Source of the DNA: a virus
DNA: 64,000 nucleotides
IMG/VR virus record: IMGVR_UViG_3300021511_000005
Coordinates: 45,479 to 109,478 of that record
Reading direction: 5' to 3' (one strand)
Notes under the pieces: generated by a model
The model's database searches: none
What the model saw: only the letters and a program-made list of their open reading frames with translations
What the model was told of the DNA's origin: nothing
Made by a program: the position numbers and the translations under genes
Shown here: in pieces, positions 27,832 to 35,855 of the stretch
Numbering within the stretch: the first letter of the stretch is position 1
How the letters are laid out: each line of letters opens with the position of its first letter

Positions 27832-28202
27832 TGGACCGCACCGATCCCCGACACGTCGCCCACGAGCTGACCCCCCTGGAGCGTGTTCTCCAGACCATGT
27901 CCTACCACACCGGCCTGGTGATGACCGAGCCGGCCCCCAGCACCTTGAAGATGGGGCTGTCCCACGAAGACGTCTTGGTCTTGGTGGAGATCACCATCCA
28001 GCCCAGCTCCTGCGGCCCGCAGGAGGACAGCCCCCTGGGTCCCAACGTCATGGACCAGTGTTGCATCAAGGTCGAGGGGGAGGCGAAGGGCTCCTGGGTT
28101 GGGAACCGCTGTGGTGCCCGTCAGGCCCTGGCAGCGCTATACGCTCCGGTCATCGCGGCCGCAGCCGCGATGGAGTCCGAGACCGAGAGGAATGCGGCTT
28201 GA
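27831..28202 (+). CDS. hypothetical protein
   Basis: TGATG coupling. Confidence 0.55.
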   Translation: MDRTDPRHVAHELTPLERVLQTMSYHTGLVMTEPAPSTLKMGLSHEDVLVLVEITIQPSSCGPQEDSPLGPNVMDQCCIKVEGEAKGSWVGNRCGARQALAALYAPVIAAAAAMESETERNAA

Positions 28203-28381
28203 TGGATCGGGATCAGTGGAAGAGGCGCGTGGTGTCCAAGCGGGAGGCCAGGATCGCCAAGTTGGTCCGTGCTCATGGTTTCACGCGCGTATCGGATCGG
28301 AAGGTCCGCTGTCCTCATTGCGGCGCGGAGCTGACCTATAATCTGGTGCGACGTGTCCATTTGACCGGGAGGTGTGTCTGA
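28202..28381 (+). CDS. small zinc-finger protein
   Basis: CPHCG...H...C; TGATG coupling. Confidence 0.5.
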   Translation: MDRDQWKRRVVSKREARIAKLVRAHGFTRVSDRKVRCPHCGAELTYNLVRRVHLTGRCV

Positions 28382-29130
28382 TGGCCAAGCCGAAACAATA
28401 CCGCTGGGTCTGTCCTCAGTGTGGGGCCGGCAAGCTGGCGCCGAGCAGGCCGCGGAAGGACGACGTCCGCCGCTACTGCCTACCCTGCAGCGAGCGGACG
28501 GGGCGGTTGGTGGAGAGACTGTCTCCGGCGCTGGAGCGCCAGCGTCGGGAGAAGGAGGAGCGCCGGCGGAGCAGGGACAAGCGCAAGCGGGCGGCCAAGA
28601 CCCGGGCGAGGGCTCGCAATCGCGAAGCCCGGGCGGAGTGGATCGTGGAGCGGGAGATCGCTTTGGGCTTTGCCCAGGACGGCGGGAAAGACTCCATCCA
28701 CGGTTGGTTCCGCAGGCTCCGGAAGCTGAAGGCCTGGGGCTGCAAGATGAGCCACTGCAGCCTCCGGGTCCGTTACAGCGACACGGACCGTCACGCGCAT
28801 CCCTGGACCAGCGGACACGCCTGGCTGGAGGAGGGCGAGATCGTGATCACGGCCGCCAAGCCCAGGGCGGGTTACCCGACGTTGCGGCAGAAGGCGGAGG
28901 TGATCCAGACTCTGCTCCACGAGCTGGCCCATCCCGCAGCCTTTGGGCGTTTCGGACACGAGGGGACTAACCACGGCCCGGAGTTCAAGCGGACACTGCT
29001 CGAGGCCGCGGAGGAGCTGACCGGTCGGGTAGCGGATGTGACCGTAGAGCACGCGACTTATGACGTGGACCAAGAGGTTGTGGATATGCTTCACCTGTGG
29101 CTGATGGAAGAGGACGCCGATGGCTGCTGA
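28381..29130 (+). CDS. SprT-like metalloprotease with N-terminal zinc finger
   Basis: CPQCG...CLPC; TLLHELAH...HGPEFK. Confidence 0.75.
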   Translation: MAKPKQYRWVCPQCGAGKLAPSRPRKDDVRRYCLPCSERTGRLVERLSPALERQRREKEERRRSRDKRKRAAKTRARARNREARAEWIVEREIALGFAQDGGKDSIHGWFRRLRKLKAWGCKMSHCSLRVRYSDTDRHAHPWTSGHAWLEEGEIVITAAKPRAGYPTLRQKAEVIQTLLHELAHPAAFGRFGHEGTNHGPEFKRTLLEAAEELTGRVADVTVEHATYDVDQEVVDMLHLWLMEEDADGC

Positions 29131-29767
29131 CCTAACACGGGGACAGGTGATGGACGCCCTGGAGCAGCTCATATGGGGTGGGACCGCTTCGTGGCTGGGG
29201 GAGGACCTGGCCCACGCGATGGCCATCTTTGAGGGCACCGGGCGGATCAGCGAGCGCTTGATGGAGGTGGTCCAAGATCACGTCCAGGTCCGAGAGGTTG
29301 AGCGCTTGGAGCAACAGGTGGCTCAGACTGCCCTTCGGGAGACCGCATTGGAGGCTATGAAGAAGAAGGGGCGGAAGGTTCACTGGCGGATCGCGGGTCA
29401 GCGCAAGACGGCTTGCGGGTTGGTCCTCAATCCTCAGCGCGAGCCCTACAACGCGCCGGCGGCCGATTACGATCCGGAGAAGGTCACCTGCAAGAGTTGC
29501 CTGGGATCCAGTGGGCTCCGGGAGCTGCGGTCCAAGTGGCCGCCGGTTCGTGTGTTGTCTGCGAGCTTCAGTTTGGAGGGGCCACCGGAGGGCAGGACTC
29601 GGGTCTTCAGTTATCGGCGCCGGATGACCCCGGAGGAAGTGGCGGTGGTGACGACACTTCTGGAGGAGCGAGTCCCCAGTCTACTGGAGGAGCCGGATCC
29701 CAAGATTGTCACAGCCTATCGCGCGGCCAAGGCGGCCGCGGAGAGGAGGGACGCCGATGGCAGCTAA
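29120..29767 (+). CDS. hypothetical protein with zinc finger
   Basis: VH...TACG...VTCKSC. Confidence 0.6.
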   Translation: MAADLTRGQVMDALEQLIWGGTASWLGEDLAHAMAIFEGTGRISERLMEVVQDHVQVREVERLEQQVAQTALRETALEAMKKKGRKVHWRIAGQRKTACGLVLNPQREPYNAPAADYDPEKVTCKSCLGSSGLRELRSKWPPVRVLSASFSLEGPPEGRTRVFSYRRRMTPEEVAVVTTLLEERVPSLLEEPDPKIVTAYRAAKAAAERRDADGS

Positions 29768-29948
29768 GGTCTACATGTTGGAGCTGGAGAACGGGACCTA
29801 TGTCTACCTGTGTCCCCAGCACCTGAAGGATTGGCGGGTGGCTGGCGGCAAGGAGAAGGCCAAGGTGGCCACCGGCCGCGACTGCGATCACTGCGCGGCT
29901 GGCGGTGGGCCGGGCAGCTCCTGGAGCGTGCGCGATGATGACGCCTAA
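29757..29948 (+). CDS. small zinc-binding protein
   Basis: LCPQH...CDHC; GGAGG RBS. Confidence 0.45.
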   Translation: MAAKVYMLELENGTYVYLCPQHLKDWRVAGGKEKAKVATGRDCDHCAAGGGPGSSWSVRDDDA

Positions 29949-30588
29949 GCGGTTGCTCCGGAACCTGCGGGACGCCAAGGCGGCCCGCAACAAGTTGGTC
30001 AAGGTCTGGCGCCACAAGGTCCAGCTCCCCGAGGGGGCGAAGGTCCAGTGTCGGGGTAAGGGTTGCGTGGGCTGCTGTTACCAATTCGTCCTGGCGGGCA
30101 TCTGGGAGGGCGCGTTGATCGCTCACTATCTGCTGCACACGGAGGGCTCCCACGAGCTGATTCAGGAGTGCGCGCGGGCCGGGGACGAGCAGCTCGAGCG
30201 TGTTGGGCCCGAGTACACCCCGGACGCGATCAACGCGGTCACGGGGCCCTGGTTGGACGAGAGACACCCCTGCGTCTTCCTGAAGGATGGGGTCTGCGAG
30301 ATTTATGCTCTGCGGCCTATCGCGTGCTCGAGCTACGTTGTCATCAGCGATCCGGAGGTCTGCGCCGCGGGGAGCGGGGCGGAGGTTTGCGCCGGCGACA
30401 ACGCGAGCTGTTTGGCCTGGAGGCTTGAGGTGGACCGGCGGCTCGTTTCGGAGCTGCTGAGCATCAAGCGGGACGACGTGGTGGTGATGCCCTTGCCGCT
30501 GCCCCGGGCGGTGACTCTGGGCTCTCAGCTCCTGCTGGAGGGGCCAGAGGCGCTTCGTGGGATTGTCCTGGGCGAATCGAACCCTTGA
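29935..30588 (+). CDS. YkgJ/FliB-family Cys-cluster protein 2
   Basis: CRGKGCVGCC...CVFLKDGVCEIYALRPIACSSY; stop lies within element E7. Confidence 0.8.
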   Translation: MMTPKRLLRNLRDAKAARNKLVKVWRHKVQLPEGAKVQCRGKGCVGCCYQFVLAGIWEGALIAHYLLHTEGSHELIQECARAGDEQLERVGPEYTPDAINAVTGPWLDERHPCVFLKDGVCEIYALRPIACSSYVVISDPEVCAAGSGAEVCAGDNASCLAWRLEVDRRLVSELLSIKRDDVVVMPLPLPRAVTLGSQLLLEGPEALRGIVLGESNP

Positions 30589-30650
30589 CATAGTCCGCAT
30601 CGTGGTCACCATATGCTCGTCTTCGGACGCAACCTCAGGAGGCTCCAATG
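30582..30650 (+). promoter_or_regulatory. cassette-leader element E7
   Basis: CCCTTGACA TAGTCCGCATCGTGGT CACCAT ATGCTC GTCTTCGGAC GCAACCTCA GGAGGCTCCA ATG. Confidence 0.85.
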
Positions 30651-30956
30651 ACTAAAGTGGTGTTTGAGCGGATGGAGACGGATCCCCAGGACGGGACCAC
30701 GACTTGGGAGATCCGGTTGGAGACCGGGGGCGTGACCGAGGTGGTGGGCTCCATCCACAAGGATACGGTGTGGTGCGGCGATGGCTACCGGGCGGATACC
30801 TATCATGTCGAGGTGGACCGGGATCAGTGGGACGATTCGCGGGAGAAGACGTTCCAGGTCTGCAATATTTGGAGCCGCGGTCGTGGAACGTCGGCGCGGA
30901 CTGCGATGGCCGAGGCGAAGGCCTGGGCACGCGAACAGCTCAAGGAGGGCCTCTAG
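30648..30956 (+). CDS. hypothetical protein (first gene of cassette E7)
   Basis: Repeat RBS; ends MAEAKAWA. Confidence 0.7.
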   Translation: MTKVVFERMETDPQDGTTTWEIRLETGGVTEVVGSIHKDTVWCGDGYRADTYHVEVDRDQWDDSREKTFQVCNIWSRGRGTSARTAMAEAKAWAREQLKEGL

Positions 30957-31198
30957 TGGCTCGCAACTCAGACGGCACGTTTGCCAGCAAGCAGCACCTG
31001 GATCGCTTCGACCATCAGCGGCAGCTCCAGATGAAGCTCCGCGAGGTCTTGACCACCGCCGCGGACAAGTTGGATCCCCAGGACGCGCTGTGGGGTGTCA
31101 AGGTGATGCGGGAGCGGCCGGACTGGGCCGTCCCAGTGATCGAGCGTATCGAGGCCGAGCTGGCCGTTGACCGTCTAACTGGAGGCTGCAATGGTTGA
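30956..31198 (+). CDS. hypothetical protein
   Basis: AGGAGG RBS; GTG start; RNSDGTFA. Confidence 0.55.
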   Translation: MARNSDGTFASKQHLDRFDHQRQLQMKLREVLTTAADKLDPQDALWGVKVMRERPDWAVPVIERIEAELAVDRLTGGCNG

Positions 31199-31544
31199 TC
31201 TGTTCCTGGCCCTTCTCTCCATCCCCTTCGTTCTCCGCCCGCGGGAGGACGACTGTTGCCGGTGGGACGTCTACGCAGGCCCCATGCTCGTGGCGATCGT
31301 GGAGTACGTCCACAGCGCCAAGGGGGAGTGGATGTGGAGTCCTCCGTGTTCCGGGTTCCGTTATCCCTGTCCCTGGGACTCTTCCCGGGGGACCTGGGCG
31401 GACTCCTATCCGGACCGCCACGAGGAGGCGCTGATGGCGGAGATCCGGCGCTTCATCGAGATCCACAACGTCGAGCATCACCAGGCCTACCTGCTTGCCA
31501 TGATGACCGGGGAGCGGCGCTTGCTCGAGCTGGAGGGAGAGTAG
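31191..31544 (+). CDS. hypothetical protein
   Basis: GGAGG RBS. Confidence 0.55.
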   Translation: MVDLFLALLSIPFVLRPREDDCCRWDVYAGPMLVAIVEYVHSAKGEWMWSPPCSGFRYPCPWDSSRGTWADSYPDRHEEALMAEIRRFIEIHNVEHHQAYLLAMMTGERRLLELEGE

Positions 31545-31546
31545 CC

Positions 31547-31798
31547 ATGGACAAACGATCGGCCCCTACTCTGTACTTCAGCTCCAAGACCGGCAAGTGG
31601 GGCACCACGCCGATCGAGGGTGCTCCCACCTGGCAGCACAGCTCCATGATGGTCTATGAGGCCTGGTTGCGGAGCCAGGACCGTCGGCGGCGCTACGCGG
31701 CCCAGAGAGCCGCGGACCGTCGGCGGACCAAGGCCCAGTCCAAGTACATCGTCGAGCGGTGCCTGATGGCACTCCTGGCTCACTGGGAGCGGTCATGA
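31547..31798 (+). CDS. hypothetical protein
   Basis: GGAGGGAG RBS. Confidence 0.5.
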   Translation: MDKRSAPTLYFSSKTGKWGTTPIEGAPTWQHSSMMVYEAWLRSQDRRRRYAAQRAADRRRTKAQSKYIVERCLMALLAHWERS

Positions 31799-32085
31799 GG
31801 CGGCGCGCGGGTGAGGACCAAGAGGATACACGTCGGCGGTTGACCTGGCGCATTGAACAGCTGGCGGAGGTGGGCTGGATCCCGGTGGGCTGGGATGATG
31901 TCCGCGGGAAGTTGGCGCCTAAGTCTCCGGCGGAGAGCCATAGGGTCCGCTGTCCCCATTGTGAAGTGACCTTTGACCACAGCAGCGGGACGGCCCGGGA
32001 GAAGCACTTGATCAAGAAACATGGTTACAGTCGCCTGGACGGTTTCTACCGGGCTCATGGGATGGACTGCTTCGAAGAGCCTTGA
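31795..32085 (+). CDS. C2H2-type zinc-finger protein
   Basis: CPHCEVTF...HLIKKH; stop lies within element E8. Confidence 0.55.
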   Translation: MRRRAGEDQEDTRRRLTWRIEQLAEVGWIPVGWDDVRGKLAPKSPAESHRVRCPHCEVTFDHSSGTAREKHLIKKHGYSRLDGFYRAHGMDCFEEP

Positions 32086-32153
32086 CATACTCCGCAGCGG
32101 GGTCATCATATCGGTTGTCAGGGCTTCGGCCCACAACCCAGGAGGCTCCGATG
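32080..32153 (+). promoter_or_regulatory. cassette-leader element E8
   Basis: CCTTGACA TACTCCGCAGCGGGGT CATCAT ATC GGTTGT CA GGGC TTCG GCCC ACAACC CA GGAGGCTCCG ATG (extended UUCG hairpin). Confidence 0.85.
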
Positions 32154-32381
32154 ACCAAGACCGTTACGAAGGAACGCAAGGATGGCCGGGACCTGGCCAA
32201 GCTTCTCCGCTCCAATTTCGGCTCCTACGAGCTGGTTCAGAATGTCCTGACCGCACAGTGCGCCGGCTGTCGCGAGATGGCTCAGGGGATGTTGGACGAG
32301 CTGACTGTGGACGAGCTGGACGAATTGGACGCCCAGATCGAGCTGATTCAGACTCAGATGGCTCAGCAGGCGCAGGAGTAG
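32151..32381 (+). CDS. small acidic helical protein (first gene of cassette E8)
   Basis: Start set by the repeat RBS. Confidence 0.65.
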   Translation: MTKTVTKERKDGRDLAKLLRSNFGSYELVQNVLTAQCAGCREMAQGMLDELTVDELDELDAQIELIQTQMAQQAQE

Positions 32382-32384
32382 GCG

Positions 32385-33194
32385 ATGCACCAGCTCCGCC
32401 TTGCCATCGAGCCCCTGGACGACACCCGGCCCATTCCGACCTGCCAGGATGGAACCGGGCCCATCTGCCCCTGGTGCGGGGAGGAGCGTTTCCTGGATGT
32501 CCTGGAGTACTGGCCGGAGGAGCGGGCGTGGATGTTCGATACCTGCTGTGAGGGCTCCCATCAGGATGCCTGTGAGCACGCCGCCCAGGACCCCCGGGGC
32601 TTCGGTCGTTGGTTTGAGGGCGTGACTGGTTGCTACGTCCGTCAGGGTTACCAGAGTACGGTGGAGCCCGACTTTCTCCGCCTGGACTTCGGTTTGACCG
32701 TGGGGCCGGTGAAGCAGGCGGACGCCAAGGCCTTCATCAGCGAGCATCACCGCCACAACAACGCACCGGCCGGCTGGAAGTGGGGTTTGGGCTGCTACAA
32801 CGGCCACGAGCTAATCGCAGTCCTGTGGGTCGGTCGTCCGGTGGCGCGGAAGCTGGACCACACCAAGATCGTCGAGGTCAACCGCTTGTGTGTGAATCCC
32901 GACCTGGACCCGGAGCTGGTGTGGAACGCTTGCTCGAAGCTCTACGCTGAGGCGGCCCGGGAGGCCAAGACTCGGCGCTACGACAGGGCCATCACCTACA
33001 CCCTGGCGAGCGAGTCCGGCGGGACCCTGGTGGCTGCGGGCTGGACCCCGACGCACCGCACCGAGGGAGGAAGCTGGGATCGCCCGAGCCGAGCCCGCAC
33101 CGACAAGGCCCCGACTTGCCAGAAGATCCGTTGGGAGAAGGGTTGCAACAAGCGCGCCCGTAAGGACATCGCCAAGCGGGCCATCACCCTGTAA
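32385..33194 (+). CDS. Mom-like / XF1762-family GNAT adenine-modification protein with N-terminal Cys domain
   Basis: AKAFISEHHRH, GRPVARKLD, VEVNRLC, NACSKLY, ITYTLASESGGTLVAAGW, GGSWDRPSRAR. Confidence 0.8.
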   Translation: MHQLRLAIEPLDDTRPIPTCQDGTGPICPWCGEERFLDVLEYWPEERAWMFDTCCEGSHQDACEHAAQDPRGFGRWFEGVTGCYVRQGYQSTVEPDFLRLDFGLTVGPVKQADAKAFISEHHRHNNAPAGWKWGLGCYNGHELIAVLWVGRPVARKLDHTKIVEVNRLCVNPDLDPELVWNACSKLYAEAAREAKTRRYDRAITYTLASESGGTLVAAGWTPTHRTEGGSWDRPSRARTDKAPTCQKIRWEKGCNKRARKDIAKRAITL

Positions 33195-33196
33195 GC

Positions 33197-33225
33197 TTGC
33201 CCACCGAGGTCTCGCGCGTTACGCT
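33197..33225 (+). promoter_or_regulatory. sigma70-like promoter TTGCCC-N17-TACGCT (leaderless endolysin mRNA?)
   Basis: The -10 ends 6 nt before ATG 33232; no Shine-Dalgarno. Confidence 0.45.
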
Positions 33226-33231
33226 GGGGCC

Positions 33232-33942
33232 ATGCCCGCCAAGCCCAAGATGGTCAGGTTCAACGAGCTGGCCGGGATCCCCTGCTACTACGCGAGGGTC
33301 AACGCGGCCTATGGGGACCTGGCGAGGACCACGAGCAGAACCGACAAGGGACGTATGCGGAGTTTGGCGCCGAGCTTCAAGGCCCGGATGGATGCCTGCA
33401 TCGCGGAGATCTACTGGCTGACCTACGGGCTGCTGGGGCCCTTGCAGGCCATCACCAGCGGTGGCGCCTATGTGAACAAGCCGGGCTGGCATCGTAAGGG
33501 CAAGGCCTACGATCTGGGCGGGCTTCACTGGCCGGAGCGGAAGCTGGTCCTGATTCAGACCGCCTCCGCGCGGAAGCTGGGTGAAGACTGGAATTGGCAT
33601 CTGTATTTGGCCGTGGAAGCCGCGATCCGGCGGCACTTTGGGACCGTCTTGGGAATCCTCCACAACCGCCAACATTGGAATCATTACCATATTGATCCGG
33701 GGACCAAGGTGGGCTTCTGGACCGAGGGCTTCGGAGCTACCACCAGGATCACCTTCCTCCAGGCCGTGTTGAAGGACATCTGGGGTCACTACGTCGGCAA
33801 GCTGGACGGGGACTACGGTCCCAAGTCCAAGGCGGCCGTGGCGGCCGTCCGAAAGGAGCTGGCCCTGGGCCCCCTCGAGAACCCCACGGCCTGGAGTCAG
33901 TTTCTGCTTCTGACCGCGATGTCGGGGATTCAGCATGGGTAA
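33232..33942 (+). CDS. endolysin: extensin-like/M15-type Zn peptidase plus peptidoglycan-binding domain
   Basis: H-x6-D (WHRKGKAYDLGGL) and HWNHYHID; LDGDYGPKSKAAV PG-binding motif. Confidence 0.75.
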   Translation: MPAKPKMVRFNELAGIPCYYARVNAAYGDLARTTSRTDKGRMRSLAPSFKARMDACIAEIYWLTYGLLGPLQAITSGGAYVNKPGWHRKGKAYDLGGLHWPERKLVLIQTASARKLGEDWNWHLYLAVEAAIRRHFGTVLGILHNRQHWNHYHIDPGTKVGFWTEGFGATTRITFLQAVLKDIWGHYVGKLDGDYGPKSKAAVAAVRKELALGPLENPTAWSQFLLLTAMSGIQHG

Positions 33943-34504
33943 GAGCTGGACTGATGACCTGAGCCGTTACCAGGACCTGGCGCGGCAAATCGAGCCCGCG
34001 ATTCGATTGACCACGAAGGACGGGTGGTTCTGGCGGGCGTTGGCGGTTGTGGTTCACGGTGTCACATTCGGGGGGACCACGCGGACAGAGTTCCTCGAGG
34101 ACTACGGGACGACGATCGGGCCGGTGATGGCCAATCCTCGACGTTGGCCGCGGCTTGGTGAGGGCTACATTGTCCACGAGGGGACCCACGCCGCGGACAT
34201 GCGGAAGGCTGGTTTGGGTATCCATCCGTGGGTCGGGTTGTTGTTCTACGGCCTGGTCTACCTGTTGGTGTTCTTCCCCTTTCTTTTGGCCTATGGGCGG
34301 TACAAGCTCGAGCTGCGAGCGGACGTGGCCCGTTGGCGTCACGAGCTGAAGCAGGGATTGAGGTCTCCGGATCAGCTCCGCGCGCACGCTGAGCGCCGGG
34401 GGAAGTCGCTCAAGGGGGGAGCCTACGCCTTCGCTTGGCTGTGGGCCCGCAAGGGGTACGCGAGCCGCGTGGAGGCGGTGATCGAGGAGATCGGTCATGT
34501 CTGA
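33935..34504 (+). CDS. membrane protein with HExxH motif
   Basis: IVHEGTH, TM helix, LELRAD. Confidence 0.6.
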   Translation: MGKSWTDDLSRYQDLARQIEPAIRLTTKDGWFWRALAVVVHGVTFGGTTRTEFLEDYGTTIGPVMANPRRWPRLGEGYIVHEGTHAADMRKAGLGIHPWVGLLFYGLVYLLVFFPFLLAYGRYKLELRADVARWRHELKQGLRSPDQLRAHAERRGKSLKGGAYAFAWLWARKGYASRVEAVIEEIGHV

Positions 34505-35042
34505 CGACAGCACGCCGTCTCATCCAATGCTGCAGGTCTTCAAGGACATCGGCTCCATCAAGACCGGGATTGCGAACCTGGAAGGCGGGCAGGCGGAGCT
34601 GGACGGCAAGGTTTCCGGGCTCCACCACACCATCGCGGGCCTGGTCACATCGGATGAGTGTGAAGCCCACAGGGACGCGCTGGAGGCGTCCATGGAGATG
34701 GCGGAGGGTCCGACAGCTCAGCTCCCCCCAGGCGGACCGGGGCTGCTGGAGCGCGCCGGCAAGCATGCCAAGGCCATCACGGCGATCCTGGTCCTGTTGG
34801 GGATGGTCGGAGGGATCCTGTTGGTCATGTCCCGGTTGGTGGGCTCTGTGGAGCGGACGCTGGCTGCGGACCGTCAGGCTCAGAAGGCCGTCCAGGCCCA
34901 GGTCCTCCAGGAGTTGAAGAAGCCTCAGGAGCCCGTGGTGGTTCGGGAGAAGGTTTATGTCTACCCGGACGCGGGGGCTCGCAGGCGGCGCCGGCGGCCT
35001 GTCAGGCGGCGTCGGGTTCCGCGGACCAAGCGGACCCCCTAG
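34497..35042 (+). CDS. membrane-anchored coiled-coil protein (holin/spanin-like position)
   Basis: Single TM; basic C-terminus; lies between lysins. Confidence 0.5.
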   Translation: MSDDSTPSHPMLQVFKDIGSIKTGIANLEGGQAELDGKVSGLHHTIAGLVTSDECEAHRDALEASMEMAEGPTAQLPPGGPGLLERAGKHAKAITAILVLLGMVGGILLVMSRLVGSVERTLAADRQAQKAVQAQVLQELKKPQEPVVVREKVYVYPDAGARRRRRRPVRRRRVPRTKRTP

Positions 35043-35067
35043 ACAGACCTACACCGCGGAAGATACT
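35040..35067 (+). promoter_or_regulatory. possible promoter TAGACA-N16-GATACT
   Basis: Intergenic, upstream of the FmdB-SLT-TerL cluster. Confidence 0.3.
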
Positions 35068-35087
35068 CTACTGCCCAGGAGGGTCAC

Positions 35088-35396
35088 ATGCCTGTTTACG
35101 CTTACACCTGCCAAGCCTGCGGGGAGACAACGGATCATTGTGTCCCCTACGATAGCCGGTTGAGGTCGCTGGATTGTCCGCTTTGCGAAGCTCCCGAGGC
35201 GGCCAAGTACTCCTGTGTGGACGGTCGGCCGCCGATGTCCACCATGAACGCAGTTCGGCCGCGGAAGGACGATGGCCGGATGATCTTCGATGAGCGGGAA
35301 GTCCACGCCGATTCAGAGCGGGGCAAGGATTGGCGGGATGAGGGGACCAACGGTAACCCGGGCGGCGCCGGCGAGAAGCTTTATTTCCACGATTAG
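35088..35396 (+). CDS. FmdB-family zinc-ribbon protein
   Basis: MPVYAYTCQACG...CPLC. Confidence 0.8.
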   Translation: MPVYAYTCQACGETTDHCVPYDSRLRSLDCPLCEAPEAAKYSCVDGRPPMSTMNAVRPRKDDGRMIFDEREVHADSERGKDWRDEGTNGNPGGAGEKLYFHD

Positions 35397-35399
35397 CCG

Positions 35400-35855
35400 A
35401 TGACCACCCTGATCATCACGGCGATCCTGTGGTTGGCGCCTCAGGTGGAGCCGGCGGACGCGAAGCTCTACGCGACTCATATTCAGCGAGAGGCCACCCG
35501 CTGGGACCTGGACCCCCTGCTGGTGCTGGCGGTGATCAAGCGGGAGTCCGGCTTCAACCCCAGGGCCAGGTCCAAGACGTCCGACTATGGCCTGATGCAG
35601 GTCCATGTCTCCAAGACGACCTACTCCGGCTACCTCCATCATCCGGAACGACTCTACAACCCCAAGCTCAACATCCGTTTGGGGATCCGCCTGATGGCCA
35701 TCTGGAGGGACTACCACGCCGGCCGATGTGAGGGTCAGCATCCGTTCTGGGCCCACTTCAAGTACGGCAAACGGATCCCGCGCAAGCGCAAGGGCAAGAA
35801 GGTGGACGCTATCTACCGGGAGCTGGTGGCCAAGTTCCGCAGTTCGGGGGTTTGA
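35400..35855 (+). CDS. lytic transglycosylase (SLT domain)
   Basis: LDPLLVLAVIKRESGFNPRARS...GLMQV...LYNPKLNIRLG; N-terminal signal. Confidence 0.88.
   Translation: MTTLIITAILWLAPQVEPADAKLYATHIQREATRWDLDPLLVLAVIKRESGFNPRARSKTSDYGLMQVHVSKTTYSGYLHHPERLYNPKLNIRLGIRLMAIWRDYHAGRCEGQHPFWAHFKYGKRIPRKRKGKKVDAIYRELVAKFRSSGV

Noticed and set aside
19889-32153. Repeats as a CRISPR array or integron attC sites
   Set aside because: Spacing is 0.4-3 kb and irregular. The repeats have promoter/RBS anatomy and lack attC RYYYAAC/GTTRRRY ends, and no cas or integrase gene is in the window.
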